In this document: in pieces, positions 27,642 to 36,804 of the stretch
How positions within the stretch are numbered: the first letter of the stretch is position 1
How the letters are laid out: every line of letters starts with the position of its first letter
Virus record (IMG/VR): IMGVR_UViG_3300032326_002475
Span: 6,912-70,911 of that record
Source of the DNA: a virus
Length of the DNA stretch: 64,000 nucleotides
Reading direction: 5' to 3' (one strand)
Position numbers and translations under genes: made by a program
The notes under the pieces: model-generated
Seen by the model: the letters and a program-made list of their open reading frames with translations, nothing else
Told to the model about the DNA's origin: nothing
The model's database searches: none

Positions 27642-28633
27642 TGCAGTTGTCCTTGGAATTCTACTTCAACACCTGGATTGTATCGTGTAATGTGATTGAT
27701 AATCTTAAGCATAAAAGTGCCTTCATCAGAGCATACATTTAATATGTCATCCTGATAAAAATTCCATCCATCATTGACCTGATCAAGAACATCCATTTTA
27801 TTGACAATAAGCTTAGTTATGCCGTTCATTTGACAAGCTGTAGTTACTTCATCAATATTCAGCCAATCTATTTGTCTTGGTCGCCCTGTAGTGGCTCCGT
27901 ATTCTTGACCAATCTCACGCAGTTGTTCAAATCTATTGTCGTCTTTTTGGTATCCTTTAGCTCCAACATAGGTAGAATAACACTTGATAACCCCGACAAC
28001 ATCCCGTACTTGCTTATAATTGAAACCATTGTTTAGAACTGCTCCTACTCCAGTATTTGAAGAAGTTACGTAAGGATAATCACCAAAGTCAATGTCAAGC
28101 CAATATCCTTGAGCACCTTCAGCTAAAAACTTCTTTGGTGATGAGTGAATAAGACTGTGCATGTCAACAAGATAATTTTGTAGCTCATCGATATCTTCTG
28201 CACGTAAGCCTGCACGAGCCACTTTGTCTCTGTAACAAGGGCCATTTCCAGTGCGTGTTGTTCCAATCTTTGTATCTTTGGAATCTTCTACTATATGATT
28301 TTTTGTTATGATATGTGCATTTTTAGCTATTTTAAGGATTGATGTGTCAAACCCAAATCCTTCAAGATACTCAAGTTCTTCAAATAACTTTTCCGTATTG
28401 ATAACACAACCATTACCAATGACACTAGGAATGCCATGCAAAATACCACAAGGAACCATGTGTGTAACAATTTTCTCTCCATTGAGGTAAATTGTATGAC
28501 CAGCATTGCCTCCACCATTAAAGCGGACAACGTAGTCATACTCACCAGATGCAGCCATTTGATTGGCTATTTTTCCCTTACCCTCATCGCCATACTGCAT
28601 ACCGATAACTACATCAACAATTGAAGTTTCCAT
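27638..28633 (-). CDS. purA: Adenylosuccinate synthetase (short form)
   Basis: QYGDEGKGK, GGGNAGHT, IGTTRTGNGP, EGAQGYWLDIDFGDYPYVTSS, EYGATTGRPR, NKMD. Confidence 0.93.
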   Translation of the reverse strand: METSIVDVVIGMQYGDEGKGKIANQMAASGEYDYVVRFNGGGNAGHTIYLNGEKIVTHMVPCGILHGIPSVIGNGCVINTEKLFEELEYLEGFGFDTSILKIAKNAHIITKNHIVEDSKDTKIGTTRTGNGPCYRDKVARAGLRAEDIDELQNYLVDMHSLIHSSPKKFLAEGAQGYWLDIDFGDYPYVTSSNTGVGAVLNNGFNYKQVRDVVGVIKCYSTYVGAKGYQKDDNRFEQLREIGQEYGATTGRPRQIDWLNIDEVTTACQMNGITKLIVNKMDVLDQVNDGWNFYQDDILNVCSDEGTFMLKIINHITRYNPGVEVEFQGQLH

Positions 28634-28671
28634 ATGCAAATCTTACTACATTGTAAGATCTTTAGCAAGAG

Positions 28672-29274
28672 TTATGACAAGTCTCTTTCAGCATCATATA
28701 AATTTTCATTCTTGTCAACTTCATAATCACCCGACATTACATCAATAGAAGCATATGGAAATCTTTCTCTTACATATTCTTTTGCTTCTTCAGCAGTGTA
28801 ATCTTCAATCGGTAAATTTGTTGAATAAAGAACATCATATGTTATTTTTTCAAGATCTTCTTCACTACTATACAGTTCCTCTAATCCTGGAACTGAAAGT
28901 TGGTCAGTGAGCAATTTGCCTTCTTTATCTGACATTTTTGATAACCCTTGCAATGACAGTGGATCTATGAATGAAAATTTCCAAACACCATCTTTTGCAA
29001 ATATGAAAATTTGTGAATAAATTTCAAAAAATCTTCTATAGTCAGAAAAACCATAATCAGATTCAGCTACATTGTCTGAAGTCATTTGGTCAATTACGTC
29101 TAAAGGATCTTTACCAGTAGATCTTGATCTGTCTAATACGTGATCTGAAAACGTAATAGGTTTTTTTGGTAATTCAAAATCACTTTGATCGATAGCAATT
29201 TTAGTTATTTTATCTGCTAATTTATATTTTCCAACTTGATCTAAAAATGAAGCTAAGCGTAATATTTTTTTCAT
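28672..29274 (-). CDS. Hypothetical protein with an N-terminal LDxxGxYxxAD tag
   Basis: MKKILRLASFLDQVGKYKLADKITKIA. Confidence 0.55.
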   Translation of the reverse strand: MKKILRLASFLDQVGKYKLADKITKIAIDQSDFELPKKPITFSDHVLDRSRSTGKDPLDVIDQMTSDNVAESDYGFSDYRRFFEIYSQIFIFAKDGVWKFSFIDPLSLQGLSKMSDKEGKLLTDQLSVPGLEELYSSEEDLEKITYDVLYSTNLPIEDYTAEEAKEYVRERFPYASIDVMSGDYEVDKNENLYDAERDLS

Positions 29275-29277
29275 ATA

Positions 29278-29979
29278 TTACTTTTTTGGTAAATTATGTG
29301 ACGCATCCTGTTTCTCGTCAGTCCTAAATTGCGTATAAACCTCTGTTGCCTTTTTACGTATTCTTGTAAGAGCATTATCAACACATTTTGCTGGAACATT
29401 AAGCGTGTTTGATATATCTTTATATGATGATCGTAAGCAATACTCTACAAATATATCAGCTTCTAAAGGGGTAAGTTTTTCAAGTAGCAATGATGAATTC
29501 AACTCGAGTTCTTCTCTGACAATTATATCTTCAAGTAAATTTACTGGAGGAGACTCATCATAGGGGTTTTTCTTTTCAGGAATATAGTCCCCCAAAGTAT
29601 GAAAATTCCCATCATCATTAAGGATAAAAGGAGCATCTAAAGAAATTGAATCATTCAGCGCTGAATTTTTCATTCTTTTAGCAGAAGCGATTGCAGTTGC
29701 TAAGTGTCTTTTACATACTAAGTTTACACAAAAGTTTTTAAAAGTGGTATCCTTAGTACAATCGTACGAGTTTACTGCTTTGTAAACACCTAGCCTCAAT
29801 TCTTGCATAACATCTTCTCTGTCGCCACCAACAATAAAAAAGTGTGGAGCAATCTTTTTGAGGTCAGGTTCTACCATTTTTAAAAGTTTCTTAAATGAAA
29901 CTTCATCGCCTTTTTTAGCCTTATTGACTATTCTTACAATTCTTGGATCTTCAGATGCCATCAAATCTCCTGAGGGCAA
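29278..29979 (-). CDS. sigH: SigH (Spo0H)-like RNA polymerase sigma factor
   Basis: FFIVGGDREDVMQE..GVYKA, FKNF...AIASAKRMK..LNDSISLDAP and SYKDIS...KCVDNALTRIRKK parallel the Bacillus SigH signature. Confidence 0.85.
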   Translation of the reverse strand: MPSGDLMASEDPRIVRIVNKAKKGDEVSFKKLLKMVEPDLKKIAPHFFIVGGDREDVMQELRLGVYKAVNSYDCTKDTTFKNFCVNLVCKRHLATAIASAKRMKNSALNDSISLDAPFILNDDGNFHTLGDYIPEKKNPYDESPPVNLLEDIIVREELELNSSLLLEKLTPLEADIFVEYCLRSSYKDISNTLNVPAKCVDNALTRIRKKATEVYTQFRTDEKQDASHNLPKK

Positions 29980-29998
29980 ATATCTTTTTTAATCCTTT

Positions 29999-31066
29999 TT
30001 ACGCTTCTTTTAAATTAGCGTACTTTTCAATAACTTTGAGAACTCCGGTAATTGCCAAGATATCCTCAGAAACAGTTTGCCTTGTGTTATTAGAAATGTT
30101 ATACAAATCTTCAGCTAGCATTAATAAATGCAAAGTTTTTACAGATTTTGCTATATTTTCTATTTCAGGATCTCTTTCAACCTTTTTTGTTCTTAATACT
30201 ACATATTCAAATGCTTTTAAGAAAGTACGAGATGTATCAATAAGAAGTCCAGTCAGACTTCTACCTTCAGATTGAGACGCTTGAATTATCCTCATAGAAT
30301 CTGCATAATTCAAATCAATAATAGAATTAGCAAGATTGAGAGATACATGTTTTGGAGATTTACCTAAAATTTCTCTGACATTTTCTTCAGATATTTCAGC
30401 CACAGTTACTTGCTCTAGGATTGATAAAGCATTTCTAGCACTTCCATCAGATTCTTTAACAATTAGGTTTAATGCATCAATATCATATTCCAGCTTTTCT
30501 TTCTGACAAATATCTTCTAATAATTCAAGGCAGTTTGAGTCAGAAAGCTTCTTAAGATTTAGAGTTTGGCATCTGGTATGAATAGCTCTCAGAATCTTAT
30601 GTGGATCTGTAGTGCAAAAAAAGAACTTTACAAACTGAGGAGGTTCTTCAGTAAGTTTGATAAGTGAAGTCTGAGCTTGATTTGTTAGCATTTGAGCTTC
30701 ATCAAGAATAAAAATCTTGTATTTACCAGACACAGGAGAGAGTCTTGAGAATTGGATTACATTCTCTCTAATATGGTCAACACCATTATTGACAGCACAA
30801 TTAATCTCATAAATATCAGGATGAGAATCATTAATTACCATCTGCTTTGTATTATCATCTGAATCATTTGCAGATAGTAACTTCATAGCAGCAATACGAG
30901 CCAAAGTAGTCTTCCCTGTACCTGGAGGGCCTGAAAGGATGTATGCATGAGTTGTTTTATTATTCTTAATTTGTAAATCAAGAATAGACGCAGCAATACA
31001 TCCCTTTAAATCATCAAATTCTGTAGGTCGATATTTATTGTAAAAACTTTGACTAATCATCATCAT
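29999..31066 (-). CDS. dnaX: DNA polymerase III gamma/tau clamp loader subunit
   Basis: KYRPTEF, HAYILSGPPGTGKTT, IFILDEAQML, LIKLTEEPP, TRCQ, GSARNALS. Confidence 0.92.
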   Translation of the reverse strand: MMMISQSFYNKYRPTEFDDLKGCIAASILDLQIKNNKTTHAYILSGPPGTGKTTLARIAAMKLLSANDSDDNTKQMVINDSHPDIYEINCAVNNGVDHIRENVIQFSRLSPVSGKYKIFILDEAQMLTNQAQTSLIKLTEEPPQFVKFFFCTTDPHKILRAIHTRCQTLNLKKLSDSNCLELLEDICQKEKLEYDIDALNLIVKESDGSARNALSILEQVTVAEISEENVREILGKSPKHVSLNLANSIIDLNYADSMRIIQASQSEGRSLTGLLIDTSRTFLKAFEYVVLRTKKVERDPEIENIAKSVKTLHLLMLAEDLYNISNNTRQTVSEDILAITGVLKVIEKYANLKEA

Positions 31067-31529
31067 CCATTGGCACTATAAGAGGGATATCGTTATCAAG
31101 AAGTGATGGCAAATTATCTTTATCCATCCAATATGGGCCAAACCCACTTCTAACAAAATATTCTACTATAAAGCCATAATCCTGTACATCGTAATTTCTA
31201 ATCTTACCATCTAATGCTGGGCTAATCGAGTAAAGAGACTTGAATATCAACCATTCCTTTTTTGTTTTTTCTGTCTGATCCCAAATTTCAGACCAAACAG
31301 CAAAACAATAAATTTTACTATTACCAGAAGATCGTAATATATCTCTTGCCCATGACTGAGTAAGCCCCGACATGATACATGCCGGGGCGTTCTTGCTTTT
31401 ATATCCATCCATTTCAACAAAATGGACTAAGCTCAAGTCAACGTATCCAATAAACATATAGTATTTTTCAATTAACTTTTCAGCTATATTGAAACATTCT
31501 TGAGATTCTATAAAATCTGGTTCACTCAT
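31053..31529 (-). CDS. Phage putative-metallopeptidase-like protein lacking the HExxH motif
   Basis: IAEKLIEKY...W...LIFKSLYSI...GKIRNYDVQDY pattern. Confidence 0.4.
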   Translation of the reverse strand: MSEPDFIESQECFNIAEKLIEKYYMFIGYVDLSLVHFVEMDGYKSKNAPACIMSGLTQSWARDILRSSGNSKIYCFAVWSEIWDQTEKTKKEWLIFKSLYSISPALDGKIRNYDVQDYGFIVEYFVRSGFGPYWMDKDNLPSLLDNDIPLIVPMDDDD

Positions 31530-31861
31530 AATGACAACTGTGTAACTGCTACAACTTGATTGCTCTGGTCACGAATTGCTGTTGGGCCTGTATCTACGCA
31601 AAAAACATCTTCTCTATTGAATGGCACAAAATCCATTGCAAGTCTGTTTACAATATAGTAGACACCATCTTCAGGCTCAGGAAGATTTACAATTTTTTCA
31701 AAGTGAGTTTCAGCAATAGGAATTCCAGCCAAGTAAGCAACAATTCTTTGCTTTGTCTCTACACGACAAGGATTATCACATCTTGGTAAAGTTGCGTGTC
31801 CTGAAATTGTAATATCGTGCCCAATCAAGTTCACAAATTTCTTAAATTCTGGATAAATCAT
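31526..31861 (-). CDS. Conserved small phage hypothetical protein
   Basis: NLIGHDI...NLPEPEDGVYYIV...RD. Confidence 0.55.
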   Translation of the reverse strand: MIYPEFKKFVNLIGHDITISGHATLPRCDNPCRVETKQRIVAYLAGIPIAETHFEKIVNLPEPEDGVYYIVNRLAMDFVPFNREDVFCVDTGPTAIRDQSNQVVAVTQLSL

Positions 31862-32235
31862 AATTCAATACCTGCAATTCCTTCATTACGTGCTGGCTGA
31901 TAAACAAAAGCAGATTGGTCTCCATTAGCTCTTAAATCATTAATAAGAACCCTAGATCCACCGCCAATGCCCATCACTAATTGATCATAAACAATACCAG
32001 CAAAAGAAAGCTGCTTGACTGTTACATCTCGCAAGCTTTCTTTACGTCCAGTAGTAAGAATGACTTTGAACCCCTTACTATCCCATTCACGAATCTTGTC
32101 TACAGTTCCATGAATAATTTTTGGTTGATATCCAGGCTTAGCAATTTCAGTTGGATCACCTTGCTCCCAAAGTGTTCCATCTAAATCACAAAAAATAGTG
32201 TAATTCTTTGTGGCTTGATCAATGTTGTGTTCCAT
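31858..32235 (-). CDS. HAD-superfamily phosphatase-like protein
   Basis: IFCDLDGTL, ILTTGR, YDQLVMG, LIND. Confidence 0.8.
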   Translation of the reverse strand: MEHNIDQATKNYTIFCDLDGTLWEQGDPTEIAKPGYQPKIIHGTVDKIREWDSKGFKVILTTGRKESLRDVTVKQLSFAGIVYDQLVMGIGGGSRVLINDLRANGDQSAFVYQPARNEGIAGIEL

Positions 32236-32756
32236 TACTTACCTGTACTACCTAATCCACCCTTACGAGATGTTTTATCAGTTGCACCAAATTCTTTTAC
32301 TTCAACCAATTCATGATTTGCTAACTTTGCTACAACCATTTGAGCAATCCGATCACCATGCTTGATAGAAAATGGAATCTTGTTATGATTGATAAGAATG
32401 ACCTTAAGTTCAAAGTCTTCTCCATCACCACAATAGTCAGAGTCAATAGTACCAGGAGTATTAAGTACAGTAACTCCAAACTTTGCTGCCAGTCCAGATC
32501 GAGGACGAATTTGAATTTCATATCCATTAGGAATATTGACATTCAAGCCTGTAGGAACAATCATAGTTGAATGTGGTGAAATAAGAGTTTGCTCATCATA
32601 AGAATCTTTCAACCATGCACAAAGATCATATCCAGCAGCACTTTCCGTTGCTTTCTTAGGAATTACAGCATCTTCACGAAATGCTTTAATTTCAACTGTT
32701 GCCTTAACAACATTAGGCATGTTTACTGTAACTTGTCCGCTTCCCGATGTAGCCAT
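32235..32756 (-). CDS. dut: Trimeric dUTPase
   Basis: AAGYDL, RPRSGLA, GTIDSDY, GDRIAQ, RKGGLGSTG. Confidence 0.95.
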   Translation of the reverse strand: MATSGSGQVTVNMPNVVKATVEIKAFREDAVIPKKATESAAGYDLCAWLKDSYDEQTLISPHSTMIVPTGLNVNIPNGYEIQIRPRSGLAAKFGVTVLNTPGTIDSDYCGDGEDFELKVILINHNKIPFSIKHGDRIAQMVVAKLANHELVEVKEFGATDKTSRKGGLGSTGK

Positions 32757-33074
32757 TTAAATACCTTCCTCATTCTTAATCATATCTGCAGTAATTTCTT
32801 GATCATCAGGGTTAAAAATAAGAGATAATGGATACTCTCGATTCTTAAGTTCAATAGAGAAATTAATTAATTCTCTACCTTCCAAATATCTATTCATTTT
32901 TGTAATTTCCTTAATATCATCAAGCGAAAGTACAGCAGTATAAATTCTTTCAGTCTTTACATCTTTTAATTGAAGCCAAATGTATTGAACAATTGTAGGC
33001 TCATCTTCACTGCCTTCATCTTCTTTCAACACAGCATCTAAAATTTTCACTTCTCTGATAGTAGGTTTTCCCAT
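32757..33074 (-). CDS. Hypothetical protein
   Basis: 105-aa ORF with TATAAT 6 nt upstream of the ATG. Confidence 0.6.
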   Translation of the reverse strand: MGKPTIREVKILDAVLKEDEGSEDEPTIVQYIWLQLKDVKTERIYTAVLSLDDIKEITKMNRYLEGRELINFSIELKNREYPLSLIFNPDDQEITADMIKNEEGI

Positions 33075-33112
33075 AAAATGATTATATCTTGTAATAACAA
33101 AAATGTAAAATC

Positions 33113-33140
33113 AAAGGAGATGAATAGTAAAACATTAAAA
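33113..33140 (+). promoter_or_regulatory. Possible late-type promoter for the MWY island
   Basis: AAAGGAGAT-N12-ATTAAAA; good -35 match, degenerate -10. Confidence 0.4.
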
Positions 33141-33148
33141 CAATAAGT

Positions 33149-33619
33149 ATGTGGTACAAAACAGCTCTCAAGGGACATAAGACTTACTATGATTTTAATG
33201 ATCTAAGTTATGAATTAAAGCAAGTTAATGACACTGATGATAGTGAATGGAAACCTTCTGGAGCAAGAATGAGAACAATTTCATATGTTTTAAATGCATA
33301 TGACTTAGAGCACATGGATAAAGATAAGCCAGTTGGAAAAATGCTATTAGACTTGGATTTCTATACTTCTGGAAAAAAACAAATATATATCAATTTAGTG
33401 AGAACTGATGATTATCATGAAGGTATGGGAGTAGCAACCAATCTTTATAAATGGCTTAAGTATAATTACGAGAATTTTGATAAACCAGAATGGATAGTCA
33501 GTAATCCTATCAATCCAGCTGCAGAAAGAATTAGAGAAAAAATATTAGGAAAACCCCAAAGTTTATCTCCTATGCGTGAATATGATTTAGATTACACTCA
33601 AGGAAAATTGGATCTTTAA
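33149..33619 (+). CDS. GNAT-fold protein with an MWY leader
   Basis: YINLVRTDDYHEGMGVATNLY resembles GNAT motif A. Confidence 0.6.
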   Translation: MWYKTALKGHKTYYDFNDLSYELKQVNDTDDSEWKPSGARMRTISYVLNAYDLEHMDKDKPVGKMLLDLDFYTSGKKQIYINLVRTDDYHEGMGVATNLYKWLKYNYENFDKPEWIVSNPINPAAERIREKILGKPQSLSPMREYDLDYTQGKLDL

Positions 33620-34255
33620 ATGTGGTATAGATTAGCTATAAAACCAAATATACCTGATAATGTTTTTGAACAACATGTAAAAGAAAAAACTCCTAAACCT
33701 ATTCCTGTCTCAGATATATGGACAGGTTCAGGAAGTGAGCATTTGATTCTTTCTGGTGATGAAAACGTACATCAAGCAGTAAGTCACAGTAACTTTCTTG
33801 ACAGAGTTTTAGAAAGCGCAAGGGAAAGTGTAAGCCAAAATCCTGAAATTAGAGAGAAATATAATATATCTGCATTTCCAGAATATGCATTTGGGCCTGA
33901 AGATTTAGTACAAAGAAGAAGAGAGAAATTAGGGCCAAGATACAATTCAGAAGATGCCGTAACAGAGATTCTTCATAAATACTTTGACAGAGGCATTAGA
34001 ATTAGTAAAATGGGAAGCACTATGACAATAAATGCCTTTGCACCTCCTTCAGATCAGCAAAATGCCAAAATTTTTGAAATCATACATAAGTTACAGCCTC
34101 AAGATGTAGTTTTTATAATCAATTCTGATAAGGGCAAATTTGAAAAAGTTTATGATATTGATAGAGTGCATGATTATAATGAAGATTTGAAAAGCTTCAT
34201 GGTTACTGGTCCACCGAAATATGTCTCAGATATATCCCGTTGGAGAAATTTATAG
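33620..34255 (+). CDS. Hypothetical protein with an MWY leader
   Basis: Starts MWYRLAIK directly after the previous stop. Confidence 0.6.
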   Translation: MWYRLAIKPNIPDNVFEQHVKEKTPKPIPVSDIWTGSGSEHLILSGDENVHQAVSHSNFLDRVLESARESVSQNPEIREKYNISAFPEYAFGPEDLVQRRREKLGPRYNSEDAVTEILHKYFDRGIRISKMGSTMTINAFAPPSDQQNAKIFEIIHKLQPQDVVFIINSDKGKFEKVYDIDRVHDYNEDLKSFMVTGPPKYVSDISRWRNL

Positions 34256-34734
34256 TGTGGTATAAATTAGCTCAAGAAGAAAACCTTGAAATTCACCCTA
34301 AAGATGAACAAGCTAGAAAATATTATGGAATTACTTTTAATCCAAATAAAGCTGGTTATATCTTAAGGGATGGAAAACTTCTAGATTATTCTGAAGGTCA
34401 ATATGAAAGAACACTAGACCATAGAGATATTCAAAATATTATGGACGAACCTGAAGAATCTAAAGGTGATAGATATTCTGATTATGTTGAGCCTTTTCTC
34501 AATCTAACTGGTGCTATTAGAGCTTCTTATATGAATAATGAATGGAGTATTGATATACATACTTCACCCACTGAAGAACAAAAAAAAATTATAGTGAATT
34601 TTCATAAACCAGGAAGATCATTTTATTATGATGTTGATAAATTCAGAATACAAAGTTCCATAGAAAACGCATCCAAAGATGATGTTGAGAAAAAAATTGA
34701 AGAAATACAAGGTATGTTTTCCAATGTGGTATAA
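34255..34734 (+). CDS. Protein with an MWY leader and an AGYILxDGxxLDxS...DHRxI domain, as seen in phage polyvalent proteins
   Basis: GTG at 34255 overlaps the previous TAG and gives MWYKLAQ. Confidence 0.6.
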   Translation: MWYKLAQEENLEIHPKDEQARKYYGITFNPNKAGYILRDGKLLDYSEGQYERTLDHRDIQNIMDEPEESKGDRYSDYVEPFLNLTGAIRASYMNNEWSIDIHTSPTEEQKKIIVNFHKPGRSFYYDVDKFRIQSSIENASKDDVEKKIEEIQGMFSNVV

Positions 34735-35527
34735 ATTTGCACAGTCTCAAGATGACATACAAAAACTAGTTGATTTCTTTTTGGAAAAATATCCTGGTTT
34801 AGTCTTAAGAATCAATGAATATGAAAACAAAATCAAATTAGATAAAATCTCTGTACCAGTAGCATTGAGAAATCAAGGTATAGGCACAGAGATAATTAAT
34901 GTTCTTAAGGAATATAGTCAAAGAGTGGGCAAACCTATTGTTCTTAACCCTGAACCTGAAAAAGGTAAAAAGGGAGCACTACAAAGATTTTATGAAAGAA
35001 ATGAATTTGTAGATAATGCTGGAAGAAAAAAAGATTACGATTTGACAGATACATTTTCTAGAACTATGTATTATAAACCAAAAAAAACTATAGCTTCAAA
35101 CAATTTTTTTGAAGACAGTTTGAAAAGTCTTACTTCAGAATTTGTTGACGTTGCACAACAAATTTATGATGCTTGGGATGAGAATCCTGATGTGTATGGT
35201 GGTGGAGGAATTTGTCATCTTATTGCAGATTCTTTTGTTGAAATAATAAACAAAAACTATCCAAACTATACTACAACAACATTTACAAGAGATGATATAC
35301 AACACGTTGAGACCATAGTATATAACATTGATCCAGATATCTTATATGATGAAGATGATGAGAGTAATGAATTAGTTGAATTAGTCATTGTAGGTTTGAG
35401 CCCTTTTATTTATGAAAGAGGCGGAGGATTTTCATGGACAAAAATTCCAGATGTAGAATTCTCAAATAATGACATAACATTTTACAAAACTACAATAAAT
35501 AGACAAAACATAGATACAGATTACTAA
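34724..35527 (+). CDS. Two-domain protein with an MWY leader: GNAT domain plus a GGxC/H (papain/transglutaminase-like) domain
   Basis: ATG at 34724 gives MWYKFAQ. ISVPVALRNQGIGTEII...LQRFYERNEF is GNAT-like, followed by GGGGICHLIA...QHVET. Confidence 0.65.
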   Translation: MWYKFAQSQDDIQKLVDFFLEKYPGLVLRINEYENKIKLDKISVPVALRNQGIGTEIINVLKEYSQRVGKPIVLNPEPEKGKKGALQRFYERNEFVDNAGRKKDYDLTDTFSRTMYYKPKKTIASNNFFEDSLKSLTSEFVDVAQQIYDAWDENPDVYGGGGICHLIADSFVEIINKNYPNYTTTTFTRDDIQHVETIVYNIDPDILYDEDDESNELVELVIVGLSPFIYERGGGFSWTKIPDVEFSNNDITFYKTTINRQNIDTDY

Positions 35528-35558
35528 AAAAAGAGGGGATTTCTCCCCTCTTTTTTTT
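35526..35558. terminator. Bidirectional intrinsic terminator between convergent genes
   Basis: aaaaaaagagggga tttc tcccctctttttt. Confidence 0.85.
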
Positions 35559-36741
35559 AGTGTAATCCTTTTGATTGAAGAAACTTAATAAATTCTTCTT
35601 TATCATATTTGTCATTTTTGCTTAAATTATCAAAAGCATCTAAGGGTTGTAAATTTTCCAAAGAGTTAATTATTTTGATGTGTTCTATTTCACATAATCC
35701 AAAGTCTATAAATGCCTGTATTGGAAAAATATGATCAATTTGCATGTTGTTGTTTTTAATCGCATTTTGGTAATTAGGATGGTTAGTTACATGGAATCCA
35801 AGATCATAATGACTGTAGCCTAAATTTTCATATGATTTATTTTCTTTTTTTAGATTAAATTTTTGATAACATCTTCTAAGCATAGAATAAATTTTCTTTG
35901 CATATTGTTTTCTAAATTCTACTTTAGTTCTATCTTCAATCCAAAAAGGATGATTTTTACCAGTCAGTTTTTCCGTTTTTATTTTTTTTGAACATTCTTC
36001 ACAAGCATTATTAGCTCCTCTAAATTTTAAATAATTCCAAGCTCTTTCGTATTCTATGCCACATTCACATCTTAATAATAATTTGCCTTTATCAGACTTT
36101 TCAAATGTATGAAAACTGATCAAATGTAAATTGTTTTCTATAATAAATTTACTTACTTGTTCTTTATTTATTGTGTACTTTTTTCTTCCGCAATCCCAGC
36201 AATTTTTACATTTTTTGAATGTATGATATGTTGTAATAGCTTTTTTTCCACATTTGCATATAAATTCAAGTTTTTGTTCATCTCCGGTGTATTCAGAAAG
36301 TAATTTACAGCCATTATTTGTGAATAAATTTTCTACGTGTTCTTGACTATGTCTTCTACTGTTTGCACTTTTCTTTAAACCACATTCTACACATCTTTCC
36401 CCAGCTATAAATTTATGAATAATTTTGTAGTCGATTTTTCCACAATCGCAAATATATTCAAGTTTTTTTCCTGGAATATACTTCGTACTTATTAGTTTAT
36501 TGCCTCTAGATTTGAAAATATTTTTGACTTCCTCATAACTTTTAGTTCTACCATTGTTTTTATAAGCACAAAGTCTACATTTTGGATTCTTTTTAAATGT
36601 AGCTAAATTCTTAATATCTTCTTTTCCACAATAACATATAAAATTTAATGGTTGTGTATTATCAATATAAGTTTCAGCTAACAGAATACAATTATTTTCT
36701 AAAAAAAAATTTTTAATGTCTTCTAATGTAAATTTCTTCAT
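35557..36741 (-). mobile_element. Free-standing HNH homing endonuclease-like gene with repeated Zn-ribbon units
   Basis: Four ~55-aa repeats (FICYCG, YICDCG, FICKCG, LRCECG, each with a later CxxC) and a C-terminal IDHIFP...NLQPL..DNLSKND; very AT-rich; directly downstream of nrdA. Confidence 0.75.
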
Positions 36742-36745
36742 AATG

Positions 36746-36796
36746 TTAAATCCAAAAAGGGATATATAAATAATATATACCCCTTTTTGGATTTAA
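36746..36796. promoter_or_regulatory. Long hairpin between nrdA and the HNH gene
   Basis: 16-bp perfect stem ttaaatccaaaaaggg/ccctttttggatttaa plus an inner AT stem. Confidence 0.7.
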
Positions 36797-36804
36797 TTGT
36801 AAAT

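Noticed and set aside
27638-28633. PurZ (2-aminoadenine Z-genome) candidate
   Set aside because: It keeps the canonical PurA catalytic Asp (GDEGKG rather than GSxGKG) and a GTP-type NKxD motif. No DatZ or MazZ is visible in the window.
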